Assembly (NCBI GenBank): GCA_963833985.1 | Contig: CAWIAD010000001.1 | Location: forward strand, 672,001 to 736,000 | DNA: 64,000 nucleotides | DNA from: an uncultured Planctomycetaceae bacterium | Lineage (GTDB): Bacteria; Planctomycetota; Planctomycetia; Isosphaerales; Isosphaeraceae | Direction of reading: 5' to 3' | Part shown: positions 1 to 10,047 of the stretch, one piece after another | Layout of the letters: each line of letters starts with the position of its first letter | Numbering within the stretch: the first letter of the stretch is position 1 | The notes under the pieces: model-generated | What the model saw: the letters and a program-made list of their open reading frames with translations, nothing else | The model's database searches: none | Told to the model about the DNA's origin: nothing | Translations under genes and position numbers: made by a program

Positions 1-374
1 ACCTGGGCGGCGAGCGCGTGGTGCAGGGCTATAACCTGATGGGCGTGGCCAAGGCTGCGCTTGACGCCTCGGTGAAGTATCTGGCCTACGACCTGGGCCC
101 GCGCAAGATCCGCGTCAACGCGGTGTCCGCCGGCCCGGTGAAGACGCTCGCGGCCTCCGCCGTGGGCGACCACGACAACCTCGCCGGTCTCTACGTGGCC
201 GTCTCCCCCCTGGGCCGCAACATCACCCGCGAGGAAGTGGGTGCGTCGGGAATGTTCCTCCTGTCCGACCTGGCCAGCGGCATCACCGGCGAAATCCTTC
301 ACGTGGATTGCGGCTACAACGTGATGGGCTCTCCGGGCCGGGCCATCGAGGCCCTGAAGGCAGGTACCATCTGA
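1..374 (+). CDS. fabI: Enoyl-ACP reductase, 5'-truncated by window edge
   Basis: FabI motifs [28 protein letters not shown] and [12 protein letters not shown]. Confidence 0.92.
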   Translation, partial: LGGERVVQGYNLMGVAKAALDASVKYLAYDLGPRKIRVNAVSAGPVKTLAASAVGDHDNLAGLYVAVSPLGRNITREEVGASGMFLLSDLASGITGEILHVDCGYNVMGSPGRAIEALKAGTI

Positions 375-778
375 GCGCCGCGGACCGTCAGCCCGAGATC
401 ATCGACGTGGGGATCGGCCTGATCCGCCGGGGCGACCGGTTTCTGATCCGCCGGCGTCCGGAAGGGACCGTCTACGCCGGCTACTGGGAGTTTCCCGGCG
501 GCAAGTGTGAGCCCGGCGAGACCCCGGCACTGGCGACGGCGCGCGAGTGCCTCGAAGAGACCGGGCTGGAAGTCCTTGTCGGCAGCCTGCGGCGCGTGGT
601 GGAACACTCGTATCCCCACGGCCGCGTGCGTCTTTTCTGCTTCGACTGTGTTCCGCGTGACCCGGCCGCCGAGCCTGCCGGGGATGCACCCCTGCGCTGG
701 GCCCTGGCCAGCGAGCTGCGCGGCCTGAGGTTTCCTGAGGCCAACGAGGTACTGCTGGAAGAGCTGAGCCGATCCTGA
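371..778 (+). CDS. MutT-like (deoxy)nucleoside triphosphate pyrophosphohydrolase (Nudix); start uncertain
   Basis: [30 protein letters not shown]udix box; C-terminal FPEAN; start probably overlaps the fabI stop. Confidence 0.85.
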   Translation: MSAADRQPEIIDVGIGLIRRGDRFLIRRRPEGTVYAGYWEFPGGKCEPGETPALATARECLEETGLEVLVGSLRRVVEHSYPHGRVRLFCFDCVPRDPAAEPAGDAPLRWALASELRGLRFPEANEVLLEELSRS

Positions 779-833
779 GGCGCAATCCTCGGTGCGCGTG
801 CGCGAGCTTGCCGGTCGCGCACGGCCGCCCTGC

Positions 834-1445
834 TCAGACTCGCTCGGGATTGGCCGGGAACTCCGGTGCGCGGTCCACCACGTTGTCGATCAACCCGTAG
901 TCACGGGCTTCCTCGGGACCCATGAACCGGTCCCGGTCCGTGTCTTCTTGAAGCCGCTCGAGTGTCTGTCCGGTGTGCCGCCGGTAGATCTCGTTGAGCT
1001 GGCGCTTCATCCGGATGAACTCCTCGGCGTGGATGAGGATCTCCGTGGCCGTTCCTTCCATGCCGGCGAGCGGCTGGTGGATCATGATCCGGCTGTGCGG
1101 CAGGGCATTGCGCTTGCCCTTGGCTCCGGCGGCGAGCAGCAGCGAGCCCATGCTGGCGCACTGGCCAATGCAATACGTGGCCACGTCGCAAGGCACCCAT
1201 TGCATCGTGTCGTAGATGGCCATGCCCGCGGTGACGCTGCCGCCGGGGCTGTTCACATACAGGTGAATGTCGGCCTTGGCGTCCTGGTGTGCCAGAACGA
1301 GCATCTGGGCCACGATCAGGTTGGCGACGGTATCGTCGATCGCCGTCCCCAGAATAATGATGCGGTCCTGAAGCAGGCGGGAGTAGATGTCCATCGCCCG
1401 CTCTTCACGGCCGCTCCGCTCAATGACGATCGGAACCAGTGGCAT
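834..1445 (-). CDS. clpP: ATP-dependent Clp protease proteolytic subunit
   Basis: [34 protein letters not shown] and DRDRFM: catalytic Ser/His/Asp motifs present. Confidence 0.96.
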   Translation of the reverse strand: MPLVPIVIERSGREERAMDIYSRLLQDRIIILGTAIDDTVANLIVAQMLVLAHQDAKADIHLYVNSPGGSVTAGMAIYDTMQWVPCDVATYCIGQCASMGSLLLAAGAKGKRNALPHSRIMIHQPLAGMEGTATEILIHAEEFIRMKRQLNEIYRRHTGQTLERLQEDTDRDRFMGPEEARDYGLIDNVVDRAPEFPANPERV

Positions 1446-1598
1446 GAGTGAATAGCCCTTGAATAAAAGCCGGCTGCCCGAGATGTCCCAGAAATGTTTC
1501 GCGAGATGCCGTCCGGCCCCTCCGTGCCAGGCCGCAGTCAGGCCCTTCTGAGGCTTCTGCGCTGGGGGGTCGGGGAATGCGGACGGCGGTCGGCAAGA

Positions 1599-2270
1599 TC
1601 ACTTGACCTCGGTACCGGGTGGCGAGGGCGAGGTGGATACCACGGTGGATCCAGGTCCCTTCTCTCCCGAGGCGATGCGGCCCACAACCTCGTCGACCAG
1701 CCCGTACTCCTTCGCCTGCATGGCCGTCAGATAACGGTCGCGCTCGGTGTCCCTGGCGATCCGCTCGATCGGCTGACTGGTGTGCCGCGCCAGGATCTCG
1801 TTGATGACCAGCCGGCTCTTGACGATCTCTTCCGCCTGGATCTCGATGTCGGAAACCTGTCCGCCCACCTGGCCGTAAGGCTGATGGATCATGATCTTGG
1901 AGTGAGGCAGGGAGAAACGGCGGCCCTTTGAGCCCCCCGCCAGCAGGACCGCCGCGCCGGACGCTGCCAGTCCGATGCAGTAGGTGGCCACGGGACACTC
2001 GATAAACTGCATGGTATCATAGATCGCCAGCGTGCTGCTCACGCTGCCGCCAGGGCTGTTGATGTAAAAGCTGATACCCTGTGTCCGATTCTCATATTGC
2101 AGGTACAAGAACTTCATCACCGCCAGGTTGGCTGCGGCGTCATTGATCACGCCCTCGAGAAAGATGATCCGGTTCTCCAGCAGGAGATCGCCCAGAGTCA
2201 TCTGCCGTTGCCGGGCATAGTCGCGGTAGCGCTGCAAGAACGGGTCCGCGAGAGGGAAGTCAGGAGGCAT
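1599..2270 (-). CDS. clpP: ATP-dependent Clp protease proteolytic subunit (second paralog)
   Basis: LLENRIIFL, YINSPGGSV, GLAASGAA, MIHQP, ERDRYL; AGGAGG-like context in tig-clpP-clpP order. Confidence 0.95.
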   Translation of the reverse strand: MPPDFPLADPFLQRYRDYARQRQMTLGDLLLENRIIFLEGVINDAAANLAVMKFLYLQYENRTQGISFYINSPGGSVSSTLAIYDTMQFIECPVATYCIGLAASGAAVLLAGGSKGRRFSLPHSKIMIHQPYGQVGGQVSDIEIQAEEIVKSRLVINEILARHTSQPIERIARDTERDRYLTAMQAKEYGLVDEVVGRIASGEKGPGSTVVSTSPSPPGTEVK

Positions 2271-2486
2271 GGATCAGTCCTGCTAGGATCAGTGTCGCCG
2301 GCTCGAAACGCGATCAGGGGGCCGATCGCTCGCTCGCGGCCAGCGCGGAAGAAGAAAGCCCGCCACAAAAGGACTCGTGCCATAGCATTGCGACGGCGCC
2401 CTGGCGCCGTCCAGGGCGGCAACCGCTCCGGCGGCCAGGGGCTCGTCCGGAGCGTGTCGCACGGTAAGTGTCAGCACCGCAGCGCG

Positions 2487-3992
2487 TCACGACCCGGACG
2501 GATCTGATTCCACGGAGACAGGCTCCGCCGCCGGCGCGGCGGTCTGGTCCACGGTCTCCACCGCCGTCTCGACCTCGTCGAGATGGACATCCTCGATCTC
2601 GACGAACCGGAGAATGCAGTCCAGCGCCTTGCGCTCGAGGATTTGCGTGGCCAGGGCGTCTCCCAGCCCTTCCTTCTCGACCCGGGCTCGAACCCGGCGG
2701 ACGCTCTCGCCGTTCCGAGCGGCCATCGCCTCGAGCTCCAGCTCGAGATCCTCCTGTTCCAGCTTGATCCCTTCCGCCTCGGCGATCCGCGCCAGCAGGA
2801 AAAACTCCTTGAGCGAGCGGCGCGTGGTCTCGTGGGCGTTGGCGCGTATCTCGGCTTCGCGAGCGCGAATGTCCGCGTCGGTGAAGCCCTGTTCGCGCAA
2901 CTCCATCGCCAGGCGGTTGGTGGTGCTCTTCTCCTGTCGTGAGACGAGATCGGCGGGCAGATCGAAGGGGGTCGCACCGATCAGCGTGTCCAGGATCTGG
3001 CGGCGCATCGCCTGGCGTTGCTGCGACTCGTTCTGCCGCTTGAGCGCATCGTGAATCGCTTCGCGCAGTTCCGCCTCGTCCGAGAAGCCGAGCGAATCCA
3101 GGAACTCGGCGTTCACCTCGGGCATTCGCATCTGCTTCAGGTCATGCACGGCGACCGTGGCGCGCACGGTGGCTCCGCGCAGTTCCTCCTCGGCCACGGC
3201 CGTGCCCAGCTTCGCCTGGATCTCCCGGGTTTCTTCCGGCCGCACACCTTGCAGCGCCGCGCCCATGGCAGGAATGTGGCCGTCCTGGAAGCGGAGCTCC
3301 GGCTGCAAACGGAACTGGATCTCCTTGATCTGGTTGAGCTCCGTGCCGTTCGGCCGGTAGAACGTCAAATCGGCCGTGATGTAGTCGCCAATCTCGGCCG
3401 CGCCTTCCAGTTTCGGAACGATCTGGGCGTACCGTTCCAGGAATCGTCCCAGGCGGGCCTCCACATCCTGCTCTCGAATCGTCTTGACCGGTCGCTTGAC
3501 CTTCAGCCCCTTGTAGTCGGGGAGCGTGAAATCCGGTTTGACCTCGACCTCCATCTCGAAGACCATCGGGCCGTCTTCGGGAAGCACGATCGCCTCGACG
3601 TCCAGCTTCGGCTGGGTGATCGGGTCAAGCTTGTAGTCCTCATCGATCTGTTCCAGCGCAGTCATCAGCAGCGTCGACTTGACCTGCTCGCCCACCTGCT
3701 TGCGGAACCGTTTGACGACAAGCTGCCGCGGAGCCCGACCTGACCGGAAACCGGGAACTTGTGCGTCGCGCTGGAAGTTGCCCAGCGATTCCTCGAATTG
3801 CCGTTCAATCTCGCTCCGGGGCACCGTGACCTTGAGGTGCTTCTTGCACGGCCCCACGTTGTCAATCTGAACGTCAAGCTCGAGCTTGCGCTTCGCCTCG
3901 ACGCCGCTCCCGTCTTCCTGGGAAGGCGAGTCGTCGGCAAGCTGATCGGTTGCCGCGGCTGACGTATCGTGCTGATCCTCACCGGTGCTCAT
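2487..3992 (-). CDS. tig: Trigger factor
   Basis: Ribosome-binding motif VPGFRSGRAP, FKBP-like middle domain, position upstream of clpP; start (MSTG) approximate. Confidence 0.94.
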   Translation of the reverse strand: MSTGEDQHDTSAAATDQLADDSPSQEDGSGVEAKRKLELDVQIDNVGPCKKHLKVTVPRSEIERQFEESLGNFQRDAQVPGFRSGRAPRQLVVKRFRKQVGEQVKSTLLMTALEQIDEDYKLDPITQPKLDVEAIVLPEDGPMVFEMEVEVKPDFTLPDYKGLKVKRPVKTIREQDVEARLGRFLERYAQIVPKLEGAAEIGDYITADLTFYRPNGTELNQIKEIQFRLQPELRFQDGHIPAMGAALQGVRPEETREIQAKLGTAVAEEELRGATVRATVAVHDLKQMRMPEVNAEFLDSLGFSDEAELREAIHDALKRQNESQQRQAMRRQILDTLIGATPFDLPADLVSRQEKSTTNRLAMELREQGFTDADIRAREAEIRANAHETTRRSLKEFFLLARIAEAEGIKLEQEDLELELEAMAARNGESVRRVRARVEKEGLGDALATQILERKALDCILRFVEIEDVHLDEVETAVETVDQTAAPAAEPVSVESDPSGS

Positions 3993-4098
3993 CTGAGGCA
4001 TTCCCACGGATCACTACTGGCTGGGACGGCTTGATCCGCCATCACGCAACCAACGCGCTCGTGCGAAAACGGCCAGCCCCAGAGGCAAAAGAAACCAG

Positions 4099-4170
4099 AG
4101 CGGGAGATGGGATTTGAACCCACGACAACCACGTTGGCAACGTGGTGCTCTACCCCTGAGCTACTCCCGC
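4099..4170 (-). tRNA. tRNA-Gly (GCC), CCA not encoded
   Basis: Minus strand GCGGGAGTAGCTCAGGGGTAGAGCACCACGTTGCCAACGTGGTTGTCGTGGGTTCAAATCCCATCTCCCGCT folds as a cloverleaf with anticodon GCC. Confidence 0.96.
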
Positions 4171-4453
4171 GAATCTCGATGCGAACTGACGCAGGGGAGC
4201 CTTCGCACCCATGCCGCGCACGCAACGACGTCGTTCATCAGTATAGCGCGAAGCCCCTCGATTGCAAGAGTTTTGCGTGGAATGCCGCAGCGCGACCGCC
4301 ACGTCTGCACACGATGGCGGCAAGGCAGGGCTTTCCATTTGCGTGACGGCTGCCGAGAAGGTAGGCTGAACGAGCGTAGATTCCAGTGATACCTGCGCCA
4401 GACATGATCTTCCCCATATCAAGTTCCGCCAGCCAGTCGGGATCGCTTCGATC

Positions 4454-5125
4454 ATGAATTACGCCCTCCATGTTGTGCGCGGCCGCAGCGGAGCCAACAC
4501 ACTTCGGCTGATGGATGGAGTGAATAGTGTCGGACGCCATGATGATTGCCAGATCCGCATCCGCTCTTCCCAGGTCAGCCGTCGCCACTGCGAGCTGATC
4601 GAGGAGGGCGAAAAGCTCATTGTCCGGGACCTCGGAAGCTCGAATGGTACCTACGTCAATGGCAAGCGCGTGCTCGGTCAGCAAACGCTCAAGCCCGGCG
4701 ACGTCCTGACCATCGGCGGAGTCACCCTACGCGTCGATCTGCTGCGCTCGACCAGCCCCCCGGTCGCTGCACCGGCGGGTGCCGGACCCGTGACCAACGA
4801 TACGGCCGAGGTCGAAGCCCTGCCCGCCGATGAAGATGACTTTCAGATGGAGTTGCCTGAGGACGAAGACGAATTCGAGGTCCCTATCGAAAGTGAGGCG
4901 GACCACTTCGATATCATCCCACTGGATGACGAACCCGCGCCGCAAACCGCGAAGTCCTCCAGGAGCCCCGGTCCGACCGGCGCGGTACAGGAACAGCAAG
5001 TGCCCTCCGATCCCGCTGACGAAACCGCGGATGCCGCCACTCCCGGCGCGAAGCCGAAGACCGCGGAGGATGAGGAAGCGGTTGCCCAGTTCTTGCTGGA
5101 CTTGAAGCTTGACGAGGACGATTGA
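4454..5125 (+). CDS. FHA domain protein with acidic low-complexity C-terminus
   Basis: FHA motifs VGR, VSRRHC and DLGSSNGTYVNG. Confidence 0.92.
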   Translation: MNYALHVVRGRSGANTLRLMDGVNSVGRHDDCQIRIRSSQVSRRHCELIEEGEKLIVRDLGSSNGTYVNGKRVLGQQTLKPGDVLTIGGVTLRVDLLRSTSPPVAAPAGAGPVTNDTAEVEALPADEDDFQMELPEDEDEFEVPIESEADHFDIIPLDDEPAPQTAKSSRSPGPTGAVQEQQVPSDPADETADAATPGAKPKTAEDEEAVAQFLLDLKLDEDD

Positions 5126-5434
5126 ACGACACACTCACCACCGTCGGATGGGTCCCCGTGCAGGGCTTCACAAGCGCTCGTTCGTGCGCGTCGGCGCTCC
5201 GCGTTCGAGCCGAATATCCTGAGCTCACGAAGACGGGGCCGGTGGTGTCGGAGGCATTCCCCAATCACTGATGATTCCATCCGTCATTGATGAACTTTCG
5301 CGACTTCCTCCGACTACGCATTGATTTCCGCGGCGAATCGCTTTAAATAGCTCTTAAGGAAGAATTCGTTCGGCACTGGGTCCATCATCTCAGCGTTCGT
5401 TTGACCGGTCGTGGTCATCGATAGGATTTGTCCC

Positions 5435-6178
5435 ATGGCTCGTCGCAAAACGTTACCCGAGTCGTTACGTGCCAAGCTTGCCCTGGCGGAACGGCTGTCA
5501 AATCTGCGCCTGGAGCTTTTCGGTGAGCGAGGCGGTCCGGAGATGGCTCGCCGGCTGCAAATCCCTGTTCGTACCTGGTACAACTACGAGGGGGGAGTGA
5601 CCGTTCCAGCCGAGGTGGTTCTCAAGATCATCGAGCTCACCTCGGTCGAGCCTGTCTGGCTGCTTCATGGCAAGGGTCCGAAATTCCGCCAGCAGTCCGA
5701 CGCCAACGTGCTGGATACCGCCGCGCGTCCCAACATGACCGTCGGCGCACTGCTGCGGACTGCGCTTCAGTTACTGGAAAGCGACCATGCGAGCCGTGAC
5801 GGTGGCATCGAGTCGGGCAACCAGCCACAACTCTTCGAGCCACCCCACGAGAATCCCGCCCGGAAAGAGTGGATCGAAGCCCAGCAAGAGAACCGTTGCA
5901 TCGTGGTCCAGGGCAACGCGATGGCGCCCATGGTTGCCGAAGGCGCCTGCGTCGCGTATTCCAAGCACGACGAGGATCCGCGTCAACTGGACGGCAAGAT
6001 GGTCGTCGTCTGGCTCGGCGACACGCCGACGGTTCGCTGGTTCAGCCACTGCGGCCGCTACGCCCTCTTACGGGCCGAGAATGCTCAAACCGTGCCCCAG
6101 CAGCAACTCGTGGACTTCGACGCCGACACCCAACGTGTCCGCATGCGGCGGGTCCTCTGGATCGACACGCCGCATTGA
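5435..6178 (+). CDS. XRE-type HTH regulator with C-terminal S24/LexA-like domain
   Basis: HTH-like EMARRLQIPVRTWYNYEGG...WLLHGKG; C-terminal VQGNAMAPMVAEG and LLRAEN resemble the S24 fold, catalytic Ser/Lys not evident. Confidence 0.72.
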   Translation: MARRKTLPESLRAKLALAERLSNLRLELFGERGGPEMARRLQIPVRTWYNYEGGVTVPAEVVLKIIELTSVEPVWLLHGKGPKFRQQSDANVLDTAARPNMTVGALLRTALQLLESDHASRDGGIESGNQPQLFEPPHENPARKEWIEAQQENRCIVVQGNAMAPMVAEGACVAYSKHDEDPRQLDGKMVVVWLGDTPTVRWFSHCGRYALLRAENAQTVPQQQLVDFDADTQRVRMRRVLWIDTPH

Positions 6179-6235
6179 ATCGCCCTCGTCCGGAGCTAGC
6201 GATCCGGAGCTTCGCACCTGGAGCTTGCAATCCGA

Positions 6236-6590
6236 TCACCAGACCAGGCATTCGCAGGCACAGCGCACAACGAGAATCTTGCCGTCGCCAATCCGCCCTG
6301 TCCGCGCCTCCACGGTGATCGCCCGGATGACCGCCTGGGCCTGCTCTTCGGCTACGAAGACCGTCACCTGGACCTTGGGCAGAAACGAGGCGCTGTACTC
6401 ACTTCCCAGGTACTGGCTGAGCCGGTTCTTCTGCCGGCCGTAGCCCATCGCCTCGCAAACCGTCGCTCCCAGAATGTCCAGCCCATGCAGAGCCGAGAGG
6501 ACCGCCTGCGCGAAAGGGCTTGACCAGGGCCATGATCTTCACAGGACAGGCTTGCCGTTCCGCAGCAGCCGCCAGCTCCGGGGAGTTCAT
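6236..6590 (-). CDS. P-II family nitrogen regulatory protein (apparent frameshift near 6505)
   Basis: KIMALVKPFR in one frame continues as GATVCEAMGYGRQK...FLPKVQV...ARTGRIGDGKI in another. Confidence 0.85.
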
Positions 6591-6835
6591 CGCAGCACCT
6601 CGATCGCGCTCCTGCATCGCCTGTTTCCCACGCTTTCCGGCTGGCATCGCTGGCGGCCCGCGACTTTTGAGATTAAGCTAAAAACACTTCGCTGTGAACT
6701 GTCAGACCGATCCGGTTCGACGCCGGTCTGCCCGCAAGGCGCGATCGCCGCAAGGCACTCGCGGGCGGAATCTGCACGATCTCTCGAGACTTCACGGCCA
6801 GAGAGCCGTCCGTCTCCTCGCTTCAGGATGCATCC

Positions 6836-7552
6836 ATGAAAAGGTTGGCGGCCGTTCTTCTGAGCCTGAGCCTCGTGCTCACGATCGGATGTGGAACCCA
6901 GAGTTACGAGACCCGGCTCGACAAGACCCTGGAAAACATGGCCTATCAGAAACGGCTCGACGATAATCTCGAGGAAGCGCCGACCAAGGGCAAGCTGAAG
7001 GAAGAGCTGCTGATCTATGTCCGGCCCCCCAAGAGCATGACGGGGCCGACGGAGACCTTCCAGCTCGCGGTGGTGGAGCCCGGCAAGTACGACACGGAGT
7101 CCAGCTTCATCGAGCCGGAGAAGCAGAGCCTGCACATCTTGGCACGCGTCAAGCGCCCCAAGAATCCGGCCAAGAAGGCGCCCAGCCAGGCCGAAACGCC
7201 TCGCGGCGACTTCAACGCCGACGTGGTCGAACTGCTCAAGAACGTCTACGGGGTGGAACTGGCCGTCGGCGAGTTCAAAGCCGACACGAAACGCACCAAC
7301 GCGTTCAAGTACAAGATGCTGGATTTGAATGCGAAAAACGTGCAGATTTATCTTTACGGGGATAAGAACAACCCTTACGAGGTCGCGCTCATCTTCGAGT
7401 ACCCCAAGGCCGAGCACAACGCGGTCAATCCCAAGATCGGGCTCTGCCTGGAATCGTTCGCGGTGGGCGAGAAGGCCAGGCGAGCCTACGCCGGTAGCGA
7501 AACGGAAGAGTTCGAGGGCGAGGAAGCACCTGCTGCGCCGGTCGCCTTCTAG
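6836..7552 (+). CDS. Hypothetical lipoprotein
   Basis: Signal peptide with lipobox-like TIGC; strong coding-type codon usage. Confidence 0.75.
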   Translation: MKRLAAVLLSLSLVLTIGCGTQSYETRLDKTLENMAYQKRLDDNLEEAPTKGKLKEELLIYVRPPKSMTGPTETFQLAVVEPGKYDTESSFIEPEKQSLHILARVKRPKNPAKKAPSQAETPRGDFNADVVELLKNVYGVELAVGEFKADTKRTNAFKYKMLDLNAKNVQIYLYGDKNNPYEVALIFEYPKAEHNAVNPKIGLCLESFAVGEKARRAYAGSETEEFEGEEAPAAPVAF

Positions 7553-7622
7553 CAAGCCGGCCCTTCCGGGCCCCGCCCACTGCGGGCGGGACTCGTTCTC
7601 ATCGCGGCCACGTGGTCCGGGT

Positions 7623-7832
7623 TCAGGAGCTCAGAGCGTGAGCCTCCGTGATCACCCGGCCTGTGCCGGCCTCGACTTCTGCACTCTCCAGAAGCTCGTC
7701 CCGCAAGATTGTGACATCGCGGGGAGCCTCGATGCCGATGCGTACCTGGTTCCGCTCCACCTTCACGATCGTGATTCGGATGTCCGGCCCGATCATGATG
7801 GACTGCAAAGGCTTGCGACTGAGAACGAGCAT
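7623..7832 (-). CDS. csrA: Carbon storage regulator CsrA
   Basis: MLVLSRK...IMIG..IRITIV...QVRIGIEAPRDVTILRDEL; GGAGGTGAGG RBS upstream. Confidence 0.93.
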   Translation of the reverse strand: MLVLSRKPLQSIMIGPDIRITIVKVERNQVRIGIEAPRDVTILRDELLESAEVEAGTGRVITEAHALSS

Positions 7833-7975
7833 CCTCACCTCCCTGGCATCCCGGTGTCGGCACGGAAGGACGGTTGACACTTGCAAATTCGTCCTACTGC
7901 TATGCTCTCGAATTCTGGTAGGCTCACGCGACAGGGAGCCAGGGACCATCAGAACCCAGGAGCGAAGCACAGGAC

Positions 7976-9547
7976 ATGGACGCAGCGCGATACCGGCCCG
8001 GGCGGTTCTTGCACCCCGTTCGATTCGCGGGACTGGCGTGCCTTGTACTCCTCTGCGAAGTCCTGTCGCCCGCGGGACGGGCGGAACTGCTCTACTTCAA
8101 GAATGGCGGGGCGGTGCAGACCCCGGTCACGATCGATGGTGACCACATCGTCATTGACCTTGCCGGCAACCACTATGACTTCCTGCGGGAGGATTTCCGC
8201 AAGGTTGTGATCGGGTTCATTCCCGAGCACGACTGGGACACCCGGCGGCTGCAAGTGCAAAGCCTGGCATTTCCCGCTCGCTACCAGTCGGCCTGGTGGG
8301 CCATCACCAATGGCCTTGGCCCGGAAGCTGCCGCCGAAATTCGTGCCCTCCATGCGCTCCAGCCTGGCCACGGCCCGACCGCGCGGATGGCTTCGGCCCT
8401 CAATGCGCTCCAGCAGCCTGCCGCTGATCCGGATCTGGACCCGTTTCGCCGGACTCTGGGAGTGTCGACCACCCTCGCACGCGGGCCTCATGTGATTTTG
8501 CTGCATCAACTGTCCGAGCCCGAGGCGCAGCAGCGACTGGCGCTGCTGGAGCGCGTCTTCGCCAGCTACTTCTTGACCTTCGCGGCCGAGGGGGTCAGCC
8601 TCCGAATCCCCCAGAAGCGCCTGGTCTTTGCCTGGTTCAACGAACAGCAGGACTACCTGGCATTCCTGCACGCTCAGGGAGCTGACGCGTTTGCCAGCAC
8701 GCGCGGTTATTACCACCCCACGTGGAATGCGGTCCTGGCCTATGACGCGATCTCCTCGGAGGAGCAGTTGCACGGCAAGGAATCTGTGCGGGCTCGCCGC
8801 GAGGAACTGGCCGAGTTTCGAGCGACCGTCGACCGGATCCCGCCCCGGGCCCGGCTCCGCGTCACGCTCACCGGCCAGTCGCCGCGCACGCTCAGCCGGT
8901 CCGACGCTCTGGCTCTGGCTGGCCGGCTGGAACGCGAGCTGCGCCGCGAAGAGCTGTTGCTGGACCTGGAATGCCGGATGATCAACGACGGGACCGCCGC
9001 CCACGAATTGATCCATCTCCTGGCGGCCGCGAGCGGCCTCCTTCCCCGCCCTGGTGCGTTCCCCGTCTGGCTTCAGGAGGGCCTGGCAATGCAGTTCGAG
9101 GTGATCCGAGGAGGGCGCTGGGCGGGAGTTGGCCGGGCCAGCGACCCGCGTTTGCCCGACTGGCGGCGGATCACTCCGGTTCCGAAGCTGGAGCCGATGG
9201 TGCGCGACACGGGCTACGGCCGCGGCTACCGCCGCGACCTCTACGCCCAGGCCTGGTCCCTGGTCTACTACCTCCGCGATCAGCACCCCGCGCAATTCCT
9301 GACTTACCTGGACCTGCTGCGCAGCCCCGACGCCGCCCTGGAAGATATGACCTCAGGCGAGCGCTCAATGGCCGCATTCCGGCGTGCCTTCGGCCCCGAC
9401 CTGGAAACCCTGGAGCGCTCCTGGCACGAGCACATGGCCGCGGTACAGACCCCTCTCGAAAAAAATGCACCCGCGGCAGCCCCCCCGTCGCTGCCATCGC
9501 CGAATGCCCCGGCCAGCGTGCAATCCGCGGCGCGCCGGAAGCAGTGA
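7976..9547 (+). CDS. DUF1570-like secreted protein with HExxH metallopeptidase motif
   Basis: Signal-like N-terminus; AAHELIHLL...PVWLQEGLAMQFE...YAQAWSLVYYL. Confidence 0.8.
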   Translation: MDAARYRPGRFLHPVRFAGLACLVLLCEVLSPAGRAELLYFKNGGAVQTPVTIDGDHIVIDLAGNHYDFLREDFRKVVIGFIPEHDWDTRRLQVQSLAFPARYQSAWWAITNGLGPEAAAEIRALHALQPGHGPTARMASALNALQQPAADPDLDPFRRTLGVSTTLARGPHVILLHQLSEPEAQQRLALLERVFASYFLTFAAEGVSLRIPQKRLVFAWFNEQQDYLAFLHAQGADAFASTRGYYHPTWNAVLAYDAISSEEQLHGKESVRARREELAEFRATVDRIPPRARLRVTLTGQSPRTLSRSDALALAGRLERELRREELLLDLECRMINDGTAAHELIHLLAAASGLLPRPGAFPVWLQEGLAMQFEVIRGGRWAGVGRASDPRLPDWRRITPVPKLEPMVRDTGYGRGYRRDLYAQAWSLVYYLRDQHPAQFLTYLDLLRSPDAALEDMTSGERSMAAFRRAFGPDLETLERSWHEHMAAVQTPLEKNAPAAAPPSLPSPNAPASVQSAARRKQ

Positions 9548-9552
9548 TGCAA

Positions 9553-9581
9553 TTGACAGAGCTTTCGCGATCGTCCATACT
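9553..9581 (+). promoter_or_regulatory. sigma70-type promoter for tRNA-Pro
   Basis: TTGACA (9553-9558), 17-nt spacer, CATACT (9576-9581), 13 nt upstream of the tRNA. Confidence 0.75.
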
Positions 9582-9594
9582 GATTGGACGCTAT

Positions 9595-9669
<75 letters not shown>

Positions 9670-9933
9670 TTGACATCTCCTGACGACTGCCCTTCCCGAT
9701 CGGAAACGGATGAGGTTGAAGAATGGGAAGGCAGCTCAGCCTATGGCGGGGCCGCGTGGCTTGCGGAGATAGTTGGCGGCGTGCAGGCGGCCACCGCATG
9801 GACATGCTTGCTTGCGGGTTTGCTCTGCGAGATCCTGGTCGGCAGCCCAAAGGAACGACCAGAACCTGGCGGTCAGGGGTAAATCATGATACATGGTCGA
9901 GTACTCCGCTGTTGTGGTAAACCACGGAGTTCA

Positions 9934-9984
9934 CCCCTCGGGAAGCTTGATCAAGTGACCAGGCTCTTCGAGGGGATTTTTGTT
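9934..9984 (+). terminator. Putative intrinsic terminator (long imperfect hairpin plus T-run)
   Basis: CCCCTCG...CGAGGGG ~20-bp imperfect stem (9934-9975) followed by ATTTTTGTT. Confidence 0.5.
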
Positions 9985-10047
9985 GGTACCCTCAGCGATG
10001 TTGCTCAGGAATCGCTGATTTCGCGTCGCTTAGCCTGCTCACGCACA

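Noticed and set aside
834..4007. Two clpP genes without adjacent clpX
   Set aside because: Tandem clpP paralogs behind tig are a common arrangement and both have intact catalytic motifs
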